Shown: positions 50,397-60,700 of the stretch, one piece after another | Position numbering within the stretch: the first letter of the stretch is position 1 | Layout: every line of letters starts with the position of its first letter | IMG/VR virus record: IMGVR_UViG_2140918002_000003 | Coordinates: 1-63,087 of that record | DNA from: a virus | Lineage: Duplodnaviria; Caudoviricetes | Reading direction: 5' to 3' (one strand) | DNA: 63,087 bases | Program-made: the position numbers and the translations under genes | The notes under the pieces: generated by a model | Seen by the model: only the letters and a program-made list of their open reading frames with translations | Told to the model about the DNA's origin: nothing | Databases searched by the model: none

Positions 50397-50813
50397 ATGC
50401 CTTCGCCATTTGGAACTGTGTCTTTAGCAAGAGCACTCTCAGGTGTTTCAGATAATTCAGATGTTGATGATACGGAGATTCAAGCAGGACTTGATTACGG
50501 ATATCAGATGCTTGTGTTATTCACAGGTAAGAATGATTGGACCGGTAGTGAATCTGTAGCAGACCAGTGTGACCGTGCAGTTGAATATTTCTGTGGAAGT
50601 TGGATAAAGTCTTGGTGGCAGGACCCTGATAATAAGAGTCAGGAATTCTTCAATAGAGCAAAGTCAATGTGTGTTGCCATTATGGAAAATATGAAGATGG
50701 TCACACCAAATCAACCAACTGATGCATCTTTCACATCAACCGCATATACATATAGAACTAAAAACCTAAATCCTGATGCACTGCCATACAAGTCACCAAG
50801 GACTGATTATTAA
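50397..50813 (+). CDS. Putative head-tail adaptor protein
   Basis: Helical 138 aa with FGTVSLAR...DDTEIQAGLD pattern typical of gp6/gp15-like adaptors. Confidence 0.55.
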   Translation: MPSPFGTVSLARALSGVSDNSDVDDTEIQAGLDYGYQMLVLFTGKNDWTGSESVADQCDRAVEYFCGSWIKSWWQDPDNKSQEFFNRAKSMCVAIMENMKMVTPNQPTDASFTSTAYTYRTKNLNPDALPYKSPRTDY

Positions 50814-51313
50814 TGTCAACATATGGTGTCACTAGCACAGTTCCGCTTTCAGATTTAGATGAGGACCCTGAAGTTCTAGCAGAGACATTCTTCAAAACAG
50901 TGTGGAATGATGTTACATGTGGTATTGCACAAGCAGATATTGATTTTGGATATGAACCTAATAATGCAACAAGAAAACAATACACAGTAAAGTTTGAAGA
51001 GAATTTTACAGATATTACTCATCCTGATATTATAGACAAGTATTCCTGTTATGATATATTGATGGATGCCAAGATATCAGAGAAATCAGGTAAGATATAC
51101 AAAACAGGTCAGCATGCAGGACGTGGACGATACAAGATTAGAAAATACATTGAACGTGTTGTAAGTCAAAATAATAGAACAGGAATGCCAACTCAAAAAA
51201 TAAAACATTTGTATCTGGTCGGTTCAAGAAATGTTCCCGAACCAGAGAGGACGGATATTCACTCTGCTCTTGTTACGTTCTTTATGAGAGTGTATAAGGT
51301 AACTACAATCTAG
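50813..51313 (+). CDS. Putative tail terminator / head-closure protein
   Basis: 166-aa alpha/beta protein coupled to the adaptor (TAATG overlap). Confidence 0.45.
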   Translation: MSTYGVTSTVPLSDLDEDPEVLAETFFKTVWNDVTCGIAQADIDFGYEPNNATRKQYTVKFEENFTDITHPDIIDKYSCYDILMDAKISEKSGKIYKTGQHAGRGRYKIRKYIERVVSQNNRTGMPTQKIKHLYLVGSRNVPEPERTDIHSALVTFFMRVYKVTTI

Positions 51314-51358
51314 TAGTTTTTACCTTTGCTCTTACCTTTTGGTTTTGCTGTTTTCTTT

Positions 51359-51850
51359 TTACCCAATTTGACCCCTCACTAATTTGACCAGAGAATGATG
51401 TTTCTTTGGTATTGATATTGTGTGAGCATCACCATCTTCATAGTCCTGTCGTTCTGATATGAGTTCACATTCTTCATATGGACACTCTACAGTTTCCGTC
51501 ACACGCTTTTCTTCATTGAATTGCTCTTTTGTGAATCGCACCTTTAATTCTCCCTTTTTCTTTGCACCATTTGCATTGTATTCAGGTGATAATGGATATC
51601 CTGTATCAAGTCTGTCAATGACATCAATACCAACTTCGTTTCCATCAGAATCAAAGAACATTGTTTCTTTTGTTTCTTTGTTCCTTGCCATGACTCGTTT
51701 TCCATTATCTTCTAAAACTTCTGGATTGTCACCGAGAATTGATTGTTCTTTGGTCTTTTTTGTTTCCTCTGTTGCTGCCGGTTTTCCGGGTTCATCTACA
51801 AATGACATTGCTACATCATCCATCGTCTTTGGTTTTTCTTTGTTTGCCAT
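51359..51850 (-). CDS. Acidic hypothetical protein
   Basis: AGGTGA SD upstream. Confidence 0.7.
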   Translation of the reverse strand: MANKEKPKTMDDVAMSFVDEPGKPAATEETKKTKEQSILGDNPEVLEDNGKRVMARNKETKETMFFDSDGNEVGIDVIDRLDTGYPLSPEYNANGAKKKGELKVRFTKEQFNEEKRVTETVECPYEECELISERQDYEDGDAHTISIPKKHHSLVKLVRGQIG

Positions 51851-51851
51851 T

Positions 51852-52334
51852 TTACTTATTCACCTTTGTTGCCACAGCATCATATAACTCTCGGAACTTT
51901 TGAACTTTTGCATCTGCTTCAACTACATCCTTTGTTACATTTCTAATTTGGATTGCAGGTTTATCTACTATTTCTTGTGCTTCTTTTGGTAATGCACTGT
52001 ATACGAATTCTGTTAGGTTTGAAACCTTCTCTTCTGAGTTCTTGAATTTTTCACCAAATGTTAAGAATGCATTCATGATTTTCTCATCAGTTGAGTTTGG
52101 ATTTAGACCAATACGTTTTGCCTTCTCTGCCATGTAGAAGTTAAAGACGTTACTCATTAACGATATGACTGCTAATGCCAATGCCATATAAGTTCCGGTA
52201 ACTGTTTGTTCTTCTTGTGCTAGTGCGAAATTTGGAAAAAACATCACAGCAACTAAAAGCGTTGTGGATGAAACCGCAACTAACCTAACCACACTTTGAT
52301 TATTCATTGAAGCAAGTGCTTCAGATGAAACCAA
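51852..52334 (-). CDS. Membrane protein
   Basis: Signal peptide plus a second hydrophobic segment. Confidence 0.7.
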   Translation of the reverse strand: MVSSEALASMNNQSVVRLVAVSSTTLLVAVMFFPNFALAQEEQTVTGTYMALALAVISLMSNVFNFYMAEKAKRIGLNPNSTDEKIMNAFLTFGEKFKNSEEKVSNLTEFVYSALPKEAQEIVDKPAIQIRNVTKDVVEADAKVQKFRELYDAVATKVNK

Positions 52335-52340
52335 AGTGAA

Positions 52341-52622
52341 CTAAGCGTTTTTTATTGCTGCTATCAGCACTAAGATAAACCAGACTACCAAAGCAATTAC
52401 TCCCAGAACAATAATTATTGTTCCGACAGTCGTTGGTCCAACTGGAATATCAACCCAGTAATACAAAACTGCTCCTACTATAATCAGCACTATTGCTATT
52501 ATGAGAAGATTTTGATGTGGAATACTCATTGTATAGTCTAATTCATTCCTAATATGAAGAAAAGAATCATTTAGTTGAATTAGTATTATTCTCGACTGTA
52601 ATGTTGACAACTTCAGGACCAC
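52341..52622 (-). CDS. Two-TM small membrane protein (likely starts at MSIPHQ)
   Basis: Two strongly hydrophobic helices. Confidence 0.65.
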   Translation of the reverse strand: MVLKLSTLQSRIILIQLNDSFLHIRNELDYTMSIPHQNLLIIAIVLIIVGAVLYYWVDIPVGPTTVGTIIIVLGVIALVVWFILVLIAAIKNA

Positions 52623-52842
52623 TTATAACTCCTGATATATGTCCAGAAAACTCTTGATTATCTAATTGAGTTTCTTGTTCCTGTTGAGTGGTTGTGGTTG
52701 TAGTCGTAGTCGTAGTTGCGTTTGTAGATGTCGGTGTTTCTTGTGGATAGAAAACAAGATATCCTATCATAAGCGACGAAAGAATCAGTACTGGAATTAG
52801 AGCAAATCTAACATCAACCCTTGGAGGTGTGATGCTATTCAT
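52567..52842 (-). CDS. Membrane-anchored Thr-rich protein
   Basis: One TM, a poly-Thr tract and NxT/S sequons. Confidence 0.65.
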   Translation of the reverse strand: MNSITPPRVDVRFALIPVLILSSLMIGYLVFYPQETPTSTNATTTTTTTTTTQQEQETQLDNQEFSGHISGVISGPEVVNITVENNTNSTK

Positions 52843-53081
52843 TGATATCTATATGCCATTAATCGCTTATAAAGGAATAATTCAATGTAGAAGAAAAATG
52901 TTACAAAGATTCCTATTGGCAATGCATAATGAGTTAATAAATTTCCCCACCCTGTAATAGATAGTGATAAATCAATCACATGTAAATCGGAATAGAAATA
53001 ACCACCAACGATAAACCAGACAGTTGCACCTATAACGTTGGCAATGAATACAAGGACTAAATCTTTAACCGGTATCTTCAT
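52839..53081 (-). CDS. Two-TM small membrane protein
   Basis: Two hydrophobic segments. Confidence 0.65.
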   Translation of the reverse strand: MKIPVKDLVLVFIANVIGATVWFIVGGYFYSDLHVIDLSLSITGWGNLLTHYALPIGIFVTFFFYIELFLYKRLMAYRYQ

Positions 53082-53086
53082 TTCTT

Positions 53087-53623
53087 TTATTTACTTCCAC
53101 GTTCATGAAACATGGATATCAAATCTCTCTTTGCAGAGTCTACCAATGCTACTGCTTTATTTTCTGCTTCTTTGACTCTATCCTCAATTCGTTGATTCCA
53201 GTTAGTTAGAAACCTTAGATTTTCGTTAATCCTATCATGAAGTTTTTGCTGTTCCTTATCATGTGCATCAACCTTTGTAGAAACAACAGTCACACGGGTA
53301 TTGGCATCTTTAACATCTGCTCTTACAGAATCAGTCTGTTTCTGCATTGCTGTAAAGTCATCTTTTAAATCGAGTTTTGCATCACCTATTTGTTTCACCC
53401 TTTCTGATTTTGCATTAGAGACTTCAAGTTCCACTCTTTTGATATCTACTTCATGTTCAGTTTTTATCTGGTTTTTCATTTCTAGCATTTCTTTTGCTAG
53501 ACCTGTTAGAGTAACTTCCATTGTTGTTATACGTCTTGATGCATTCCAGATGACAAGTGCTACTGTGATAAGTCCTGTCCCTATTACTATTTCTGCAACT
53601 AAGTCACCTGTGAATTCTACCAC
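53087..53623 (-). CDS. N-anchored coiled-coil membrane protein
   Basis: N-terminal TM followed by a long heptad region. Confidence 0.7.
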   Translation of the reverse strand: MVEFTGDLVAEIVIGTGLITVALVIWNASRRITTMEVTLTGLAKEMLEMKNQIKTEHEVDIKRVELEVSNAKSERVKQIGDAKLDLKDDFTAMQKQTDSVRADVKDANTRVTVVSTKVDAHDKEQQKLHDRINENLRFLTNWNQRIEDRVKEAENKAVALVDSAKRDLISMFHERGSK

Positions 53624-53662
53624 AGATTCGATTAGAAAACGTTATAAAAAAACACTAATAGG

Positions 53663-54292
53663 TTAAGAAGTCATCTTTTTGATTGCTTCTTTCTGTATAT
53701 TCTTAGTCTTTAATCCCTCATCATATGACATTAGAGCATCATACGATTCTTTGGTGAATAGATTTCTGTCTTTTATCATGACAGATGTTCCACCAAAGTT
53801 TTGCCAGTAGTCATCAGATATTGATGATAGATAAAACTTTGTTGAACCGCTTTTGTATTCTTTCATGATTTCTGCAAGTTTCTTTGGATCCCAAGGTTGA
53901 GTGTAGACCATATTCCATCTTCTGATTGTTTTGTTTATTGTGTTGCCTTCTGCATCTTTGATAGGTTCTGTATCAAGTCTTGGACGTTTGCCTAACCACA
54001 CTTCTGCTTCAAACGGTCTATCATCTTTATCAAGACAAGAATATTTGACCTTCCATAACATCCATTCATCATTAGAAAATTCATCTTTCTCTCTGTATAC
54101 TGATAAGAGTTCTTGCTTTGCAGTCTGTGGACTTTTCTTTGAGAATTTCAGATATGCTATTTCTTTTAGAGTCTCTGTATCTTTTTCATTTGGTATCCAT
54201 TCCATTGATACATCTTCATGTGCTTTGATAATGTCTTTGATTCTTTCAGAATATTCAGGTTCGTCCTTCTCTGGAACGTAGCGATACGCCAT
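53663..54292 (-). CDS. Hypothetical protein
   Basis: 209-aa ORF downstream of the capsid gene with its own TATA-like element. Confidence 0.75.
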   Translation of the reverse strand: MAYRYVPEKDEPEYSERIKDIIKAHEDVSMEWIPNEKDTETLKEIAYLKFSKKSPQTAKQELLSVYREKDEFSNDEWMLWKVKYSCLDKDDRPFEAEVWLGKRPRLDTEPIKDAEGNTINKTIRRWNMVYTQPWDPKKLAEIMKEYKSGSTKFYLSSISDDYWQNFGGTSVMIKDRNLFTKESYDALMSYDEGLKTKNIQKEAIKKMTS

Positions 54293-54329
54293 TAAAAATA
54301 AAAGAAAGTAAAGGTGTTAAAAAACCTTT

Positions 54330-55517
54330 TTAGAGAATTGTGCTTCCAGTGTTGAAAACTGCTGTGTCTATGATTTTTGCAGTGAACCATCTCTTGAAGA
54401 TTGTTCCTCTGATTCCGGTTCTGCTGTCCTCATATTGTGCAGTTCTTTGTGGACCTTCTACGAATACGATTCCTATTGGGTCAAACACAGTGTAGCGGTC
54501 AGTCGTTATCAGGTCATCTACTCCCCATCTGATAGACTCAAATCCACCAGTTCCAGTGATGATACCATTACCGAATGTATATCTTACATTGGCAAATGCA
54601 CCAAGTCCACCGGGTTGGACAGTTGTGTTTGATTGATAGACATCATATACTGCTCTGTTTGAAAGTATTGCTTGTGGAGTTCCTCTTAGCGTGTTGTCAA
54701 CTACTGTTGCAATGTTCTTGACATCAATCTTTGCATTTCTTGTGGACAGACCACCTGAAAATGCAGACCATGAACCTTGAGCAGTTGCAGATAGTGCGTT
54801 AAAGAGAGCAGCACATTTTTGATTCATTACTTTTTCCATTTGACCTCTCAATGCTCTGACATGATATCCCATTACATCTACGTCATAGTATTGCATGGTG
54901 AAATCTTCAGACCATTGCAGATGCCATCCGTATTTCTTTTGACTGAAAGTTTGACTCGTAAATCCACCCTTTCCTGACAGTGGAATGGTCCATACTCCCA
55001 TATCTTCGTTGATTGCATCGAATCCTGCAAAGTCATCTATTCTCAAGTCAAGTCTATCTGATTGCATTCTTGTTACAAGTTCTAGTATGATGTGATTGCG
55101 TATTGGTGTCTCAGTCGTTTTCAGAGCAAGCAATGCTGATTTTACAGTTGCAAAGTCTGCACCTGTTAGCATACCTGATTCTGCAAGTTTTGAAAGTCCT
55201 TGTTTTCCACCTGATTTCCATGCAGAAATTACTTCCATTGCTTTTGGATACCATTCTTTTGTGAATCCACCCAGACCTTTGAAATCACCTTGTTTTCCTG
55301 ATTCTACTAATGCGTGTTGTTTGCCATATGTCTCGAAATTTACAATTGGTTCATCATACGTTGGTTTGTATCCAACGGACATTCTTTCTTCTCCTCTTGT
55401 GATTAATTTTGACACTGGATTTATGTATACTACTGAATTTGGATCTTCTTTGTATGTTTCTGATAAGGATTCCATTCCTGTGTATTTCGGAGGTAACGGG
55501 ACTAATCTTTGACTCAT
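54330..55517 (-). CDS. Major capsid protein (HK97 fold inferred)
   Basis: 395 aa; KKYGWHLQWSED spine-like motif; strong GGAGTGA SD; follows protease/scaffold and decoration genes. Confidence 0.8.
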   Translation of the reverse strand: MSQRLVPLPPKYTGMESLSETYKEDPNSVVYINPVSKLITRGEERMSVGYKPTYDEPIVNFETYGKQHALVESGKQGDFKGLGGFTKEWYPKAMEVISAWKSGGKQGLSKLAESGMLTGADFATVKSALLALKTTETPIRNHIILELVTRMQSDRLDLRIDDFAGFDAINEDMGVWTIPLSGKGGFTSQTFSQKKYGWHLQWSEDFTMQYYDVDVMGYHVRALRGQMEKVMNQKCAALFNALSATAQGSWSAFSGGLSTRNAKIDVKNIATVVDNTLRGTPQAILSNRAVYDVYQSNTTVQPGGLGAFANVRYTFGNGIITGTGGFESIRWGVDDLITTDRYTVFDPIGIVFVEGPQRTAQYEDSRTGIRGTIFKRWFTAKIIDTAVFNTGSTIL

Positions 55518-55529
55518 GCTATATCACTC

Positions 55530-55997
55530 CTATCTCGAATATGTCCTAATGAGAATCAAATCTCCTGCACTAGCAGACGTTGTTGCGGTAACTCCGTCAC
55601 CTTGGATTGGAGTAACGTTGCCTTTTGCTTTGTATGCACCTACACGCAGATTGACTGCTGAAGTTCCATCCACAAAGGCATCAACTCGTCCTGCTGTTGC
55701 TGCTGACCTGATTACATCATTGTTTGGTGGTATCGTTGCTCCTGCCTTTACATAAACATAGACCGGATTCAACCAGAGTTCTACTTTTACTAGGTTGACT
55801 GCTTTACCATATGGGGTAGCAACTCGGAATGGTCCTACTCCTGATGTTGAGCAAGTTAACCATGCATCTGATGCTTCTGCCATATTGCAAACGTCTCCAC
55901 CTGCAATTGCTGCGGTTGTTGCATCTTCCTGTGTTGAGACAGGTAAGACACCATCTATAAGTTCAGGATCTCCGGGAACGTGTTGTGATGCCGGCAT
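55530..55997 (-). CDS. Capsid decoration / cement protein
   Basis: Small A/G/T-rich beta protein with IAGGDV and SAGDLILI, between scaffold and capsid genes. Confidence 0.65.
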   Translation of the reverse strand: MPASQHVPGDPELIDGVLPVSTQEDATTAAIAGGDVCNMAEASDAWLTCSTSGVGPFRVATPYGKAVNLVKVELWLNPVYVYVKAGATIPPNNDVIRSAATAGRVDAFVDGTSAVNLRVGAYKAKGNVTPIQGDGVTATTSASAGDLILIRTYSR

Positions 55998-57232
55998 TAT
56001 TCACCGAACACCCCCGTTGCATCAAAGATGCTGAACTCGTTTGTTGGTTCGTCTTTATTTAAAGTCAATTTACCATCATTTGTTATAAGTCCTGATTCAC
56101 CAACTCGTTTTCCCTTTTGTGATATTTCCATCATCTTTGGAGCAAGATGATATGTGTCGTCAATGTCTTGTAGAATTTCTTCTTCAGTCAGTTTGCCAAA
56201 TCTTGACACAAATTTCTTTATTGCTTCCTCTTTGTTCTCTTCCTTGTTATCAAAAACAAACATAGGAACTTTGTCAACCTTTGCACGAACTGCTGTTTCT
56301 ACATTTCTTCTCATCAGTTTCTCTATTTTCTTATTGTTGTCGCTGTTGGTTTCCTCAGTGATTTTATGTTTTGATTTTAATTCAGAATGTTCCTTGTTTA
56401 AGGATTCAAACTTCGTTTTCCAGTCTATTTCCTGTTCTTCTCCTTTTGGGAGTTTGGTTTTGCCATCAGCAGACAGAGTTTCTACCTGTCCCGTAACAGC
56501 ATCCTTAACTTCACCTTCAGGTGGAGAATTAGGTTTATCGTCTACCATTGAAGATTCTTGAACTTTTCCGAAACTATGAGAACTATACTTATGAGAGAAA
56601 TTTGACAGAACAGTGTATCTACAATATTCACAATTGTGATCACGCTTTTTGGATGATTCGACTAATTGTGATATGCATTCTGTTCCACCTGTGCATTGTT
56701 TTGAAACACCTGCAATATGTGGTGGGTATGCCGGAGTCTTGACAGACGATACACCAAGGGGATATGCATCTGTTATGAATCCCTTCTTGTCTCTCTGTAA
56801 TACGAAAACAGATGATGATACAAATTGTGGAAACTTGCCTTCCTTCCATGCACGTTTTGCTCCCTCATCTGCAATCCTCATTATCCCGATTAGTCTCTTT
56901 GAACCATTTGCTAGAGTTTTGAGTTGTGTTTTAACATAAGTTCCAAATGCCCAATCTGCACTCTTCTTCAGATAGTAATCAATCTGTGCTGACTCTGCAA
57001 GGTCATCAGCAGGTGGGTCCTCATATGCTAATGGATGATTCCCTGATGGATGAGCATTGTGGACTCTACCAACCCATGCATCTGTTTCATGCCATTGCTC
57101 TAATAATGATGATGGAAAACCAATACCATTTTCGTTAAAGTAATCTCCGTCTGCTATCAGACATGGAACATAGATATCGTTTCCTTGTGTGTATGAACCG
57201 TCTAAAATCTGGGGTTCTACTAATTGTTGCAC
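55997..57232 (-). CDS. Prohead protease-scaffold fusion
   Basis: N-terminal protease-like domain (NENG, H, FVSSSV, SVKTPAY) and C-terminal charged coiled coil. Confidence 0.75.
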   Translation of the reverse strand: MQQLVEPQILDGSYTQGNDIYVPCLIADGDYFNENGIGFPSSLLEQWHETDAWVGRVHNAHPSGNHPLAYEDPPADDLAESAQIDYYLKKSADWAFGTYVKTQLKTLANGSKRLIGIMRIADEGAKRAWKEGKFPQFVSSSVFVLQRDKKGFITDAYPLGVSSVKTPAYPPHIAGVSKQCTGGTECISQLVESSKKRDHNCEYCRYTVLSNFSHKYSSHSFGKVQESSMVDDKPNSPPEGEVKDAVTGQVETLSADGKTKLPKGEEQEIDWKTKFESLNKEHSELKSKHKITEETNSDNNKKIEKLMRRNVETAVRAKVDKVPMFVFDNKEENKEEAIKKFVSRFGKLTEEEILQDIDDTYHLAPKMMEISQKGKRVGESGLITNDGKLTLNKDEPTNEFSIFDATGVFGE

Positions 57233-57267
57233 ATAAGCAAGTCAAACTCTAAGGAAAAGATAACCAA

Positions 57268-57516
57268 CTAAGTATTCTGCTGCACTATTGGTCCTCTTGC
57301 TTGTTTGTTCATAGGAGAGTCTGCAATCAGTTGTTTTGAATTGTTTCTGAGATTGCTGAATTTGTTTTCTTCTCCGTCAAGGAATTCAATAATATTTACC
57401 AATAACATTCTAAAATGATGAATCTCTTTATCCTGTAATGTTATCTTTGCTTGCAGTTCATCAATTAGTTTTTCCTGCTCTGTTTTCTCTACCTTTGGTG
57501 GTTCTTCTGTTGCCAT
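57268..57516 (-). CDS. Small coiled-coil protein
   Basis: 82-aa ORF in the head module. Confidence 0.65.
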   Translation of the reverse strand: MATEEPPKVEKTEQEKLIDELQAKITLQDKEIHHFRMLLVNIIEFLDGEENKFSNLRNNSKQLIADSPMNKQARGPIVQQNT

Positions 57517-57520
57517 TTAA

Positions 57521-57706
57521 TTAACCCAACTCTGGAAATTCTGCTGCAACCTGTGCAACTGTGATAATGTCATTTTCCAATAGAAGATGCATGCATCCTA
57601 TAGTATAATACTTTATTGATGATTTTGAAGGAGTTGTAACATCATGAACCTGTTCATCTCTCTTTGCTGCAAGGAATGTCAACATTTGATTTTTTGTGAA
57701 TGCTAT
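57521..57706 (-). CDS. 61-aa hypothetical protein, probable ATA start (not in ORF track)
   Basis: GGGGGTGA plus 6 nt plus ATA GCA TTC; (M)AFTKNQMLTFLAAKRDEQ...EFPELG. Confidence 0.6.
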   Translation of the reverse strand: MAFTKNQMLTFLAAKRDEQVHDVTTPSKSSIKYYTIGCMHLLLENDIITVAQVAAEFPELG

Positions 57707-57720
57707 TTCAATTCACCCCC

Positions 57721-60700
57721 TTATGGTGCAAATTCGGCAGTATAACCATCTAATTGAAACTCTGATGCTGCCTGTGTCTGATCCATGTCTATGCTTACAA
57801 GAATTGCTGTATCATTAGCAAATGTCCAAGAGATACCCTGTGCTCGTATGTTAGCATTAACTAGAGTTTCATCATCAGTAATAGAACCCTGTCCAGTAGT
57901 AGGAGCAGAAGTATCTTGCATTGCAAGGAATCCCACCATCCTTCCTGTAGTTGATGATTGATTACTTCTATAGAATCTTAGTTCCATATACCAAGGTTTT
58001 ACTGTTGCTGACTGTGCATGACTTCCACCAAAGTTATCCTGATATACTGTTGTTCCACCAACTTTGATTCTGAGTGCATAGTTTGTAGCGGTTGCAGAGT
58101 TTTGAGTAAGATAACCATGTGCTTTTACAATGACGTGTGAATCTACATCCATAATACCACCCTTTACTGTGAAATTTATTATTGTAGTTTCAGCACCGGT
58201 ATTTATGACGTTGACATGATCTGCTCTTGTAGATATGTAACTTCCTACATATCTCATGTTGTTTGTATCCAAACCTAGTCTCAGGGTTCCATCTGCTTCA
58301 AGTTTCATGACCCTCTGCAAAGTTCCTGCTCTAATCACATCCCAGTCGAATTGTCCATCTTCACTACCATTGGTAGAATCAATCAATTCCATTACATTGT
58401 ATCCATAGTATGTTTCATTGCTGCCAGTATCAAGTGCTTTGAACCCATGACCCCATTCTATGAAGTTGGTGCTGCTTGCTCTGAATAAATCAATATATCC
58501 ATCATTCCAAAATGTCTGTGTTGCTCTCAATGTTCCTGAATCCATGTTTGAGATAACTGTCTTTCCTTTCTCTGAACCGTTAGTGTTGACAACAATTTCA
58601 GACATGAGAGAACCGTATTGTTGTTTAGCACTTCCTGAATCTTGTAGAAAGAACTCCATACCTGCTTGATTGCCTACTGTATTATTAGTTCTGTATACTC
58701 CTAAAAGGACATTAGAACCACTTCTTATTACTGATAGTGGACCTCTAAGAAGTTCTAGTGTCCCATCATCATAGAGTATCATATTCTCTGTAAGAGTTCC
58801 ACCATCTATGCAGAGAAATTCAAGTTTTCCATCTTCAGCAGCATTTGTATTTGTTATTATCTCACTTCTGATTCTTGCATATGTTCTTGTATTATTTGTT
58901 GAACTTAATGCTTGAAAAGATAGTTCAGTATTTGTTCCTACAGAATTAGCACCATTGAACATCTCAATAGCACCATTTTGGTCAATTTTGAAAACATTAC
59001 GTCCTGTTCCTGCTTTCTTTAACCAGAAACTCCAACGTGAATCTGTAGCACCTGCGGTGTTTGTAACTATTGCACAATATATGTTACCATATACATGGTC
59101 AGCATTAGCAGAATCCTTTAATCCCCAATTCATTCCTGCTGATTCACCTACTGTGTTGATTGGGTTATACATCTCGATAATCTCATCCTGTCCTGCTGCT
59201 GCTCTGAGAATTATTGAATCTTGTAACTCCATCACTGCTGTGGTTGCACCTGCTCTTGTCAGATAGAATAAAAGTTTCCCATCTTCGGATGCTGCTGTAT
59301 TATCTAAAATTTCTGATCTAATTTGTGCATAATTTTGAACAGCAGCACCACTGTCTAATGCTTGAAAAGTTAGTATTGTATTTGCTCCAACAGTTGAAGT
59401 GTTATTGAGCATTGCAAGTTCACCGGTGTTCTCGAATAGATGAGTTCTGACTTTTGTCCCTGCATTGACTATGTTTATTTGGAATCTTCCATCTTCGCTT
59501 CCATCAGTCCCATCAAGGACTGTTGCTCTGAGGTCACAGTATGTTACCTGAGTTCCTACAGAATCATTAAAATCAAAATCAAGGTCTTGATTGATGTTTG
59601 TTGTGCTGTTAGGTCTGTATAGGAAAAGTAGGTCTGATGCATCTTTCTTTATTGTTATGGGTTCTAGGAATGTGTTTGCCATAGTGGTCATTGCATGTCC
59701 TGCCATTGCATCAGACAGTGCTCTCCAACGAGAATCAGTTGAATCGTAGAATAGAGTTGTTGACTGATTTGCCATCATGGTGATGTTTGTCTGGAATTTG
59801 AATCTGTTAGCAGCAGTTGAAGATGCATTCTCAGATGATAATACTACATCAAATGTTCCTACGTTCAGCAGTCTTACAATTCTATTCTTTGGATTTGCAC
59901 CGGGAACTAGACCTGTTATTGTTCTTGCTGCACCTGATGCTGTTACTCTAATTGTATTTTGTTTTTCATTCCATCCGGTTGGGGACCAGTTGTTCTGGTC
60001 TGCTGAAATTGTAGCACTTACAGGAGTTCCTCTTAATTTGAATTCCGTATGAGTTACATCACTGATGTAAGTATCAGTTCCTAAGTCAGTGAATGCTCCT
60101 GTTACACCTGTGTGATTTCCACCAAATATCATTGTGTTAACTGCACCGGATGCAATGTTCGTTTCATTACATGAACCTTGAACGCCATACAGTGTGTTTG
60201 CAATGAATAGAGTTCTTGTTCCCTTTACATCCTTAAAGCAATCTGTTACACTGCCACCATCTAGCAGTGGTCTACAATTCTGAACTGTAACATCTTTGAC
60301 TTTTGTTGCATCACTTACATTCCATGTGATAAATCGTCTAGTATCATCAGTTGATAGACCGTCTAACAATATTGATTCTATCGTTCCCGTTGAACCTTGA
60401 TTTATCTTGACTACATCACCGGATGTGAATGTGACAAGTCCTCTTATGTTGATATTATCAATATTATCACTAGAATCTCCCGCACCTATCTGAACAGCAA
60501 TCCAGTTTCTAGATACAGTTGCTACTTCATTTACATATCCACCATCAGAATATATTGTGATATTAGTCCTCACACCTGCTATTTTGAACATAGCACCGGT
60601 ATATCCTGATGGAACATTGAGATTTGATGTTCCTGAAAGATGGATTGTATTGTATGATTTGCAATCAAGTCCTGTGAATCCTGCTTGGAAATCCCATCCT

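Noticed and set aside
51852-53623. Membrane proteins as ammonia monooxygenase subunits (amoC-type auxiliary genes)
   Set aside because: No AmoA, AmoB or AmoC motifs or sizes are recognisable.
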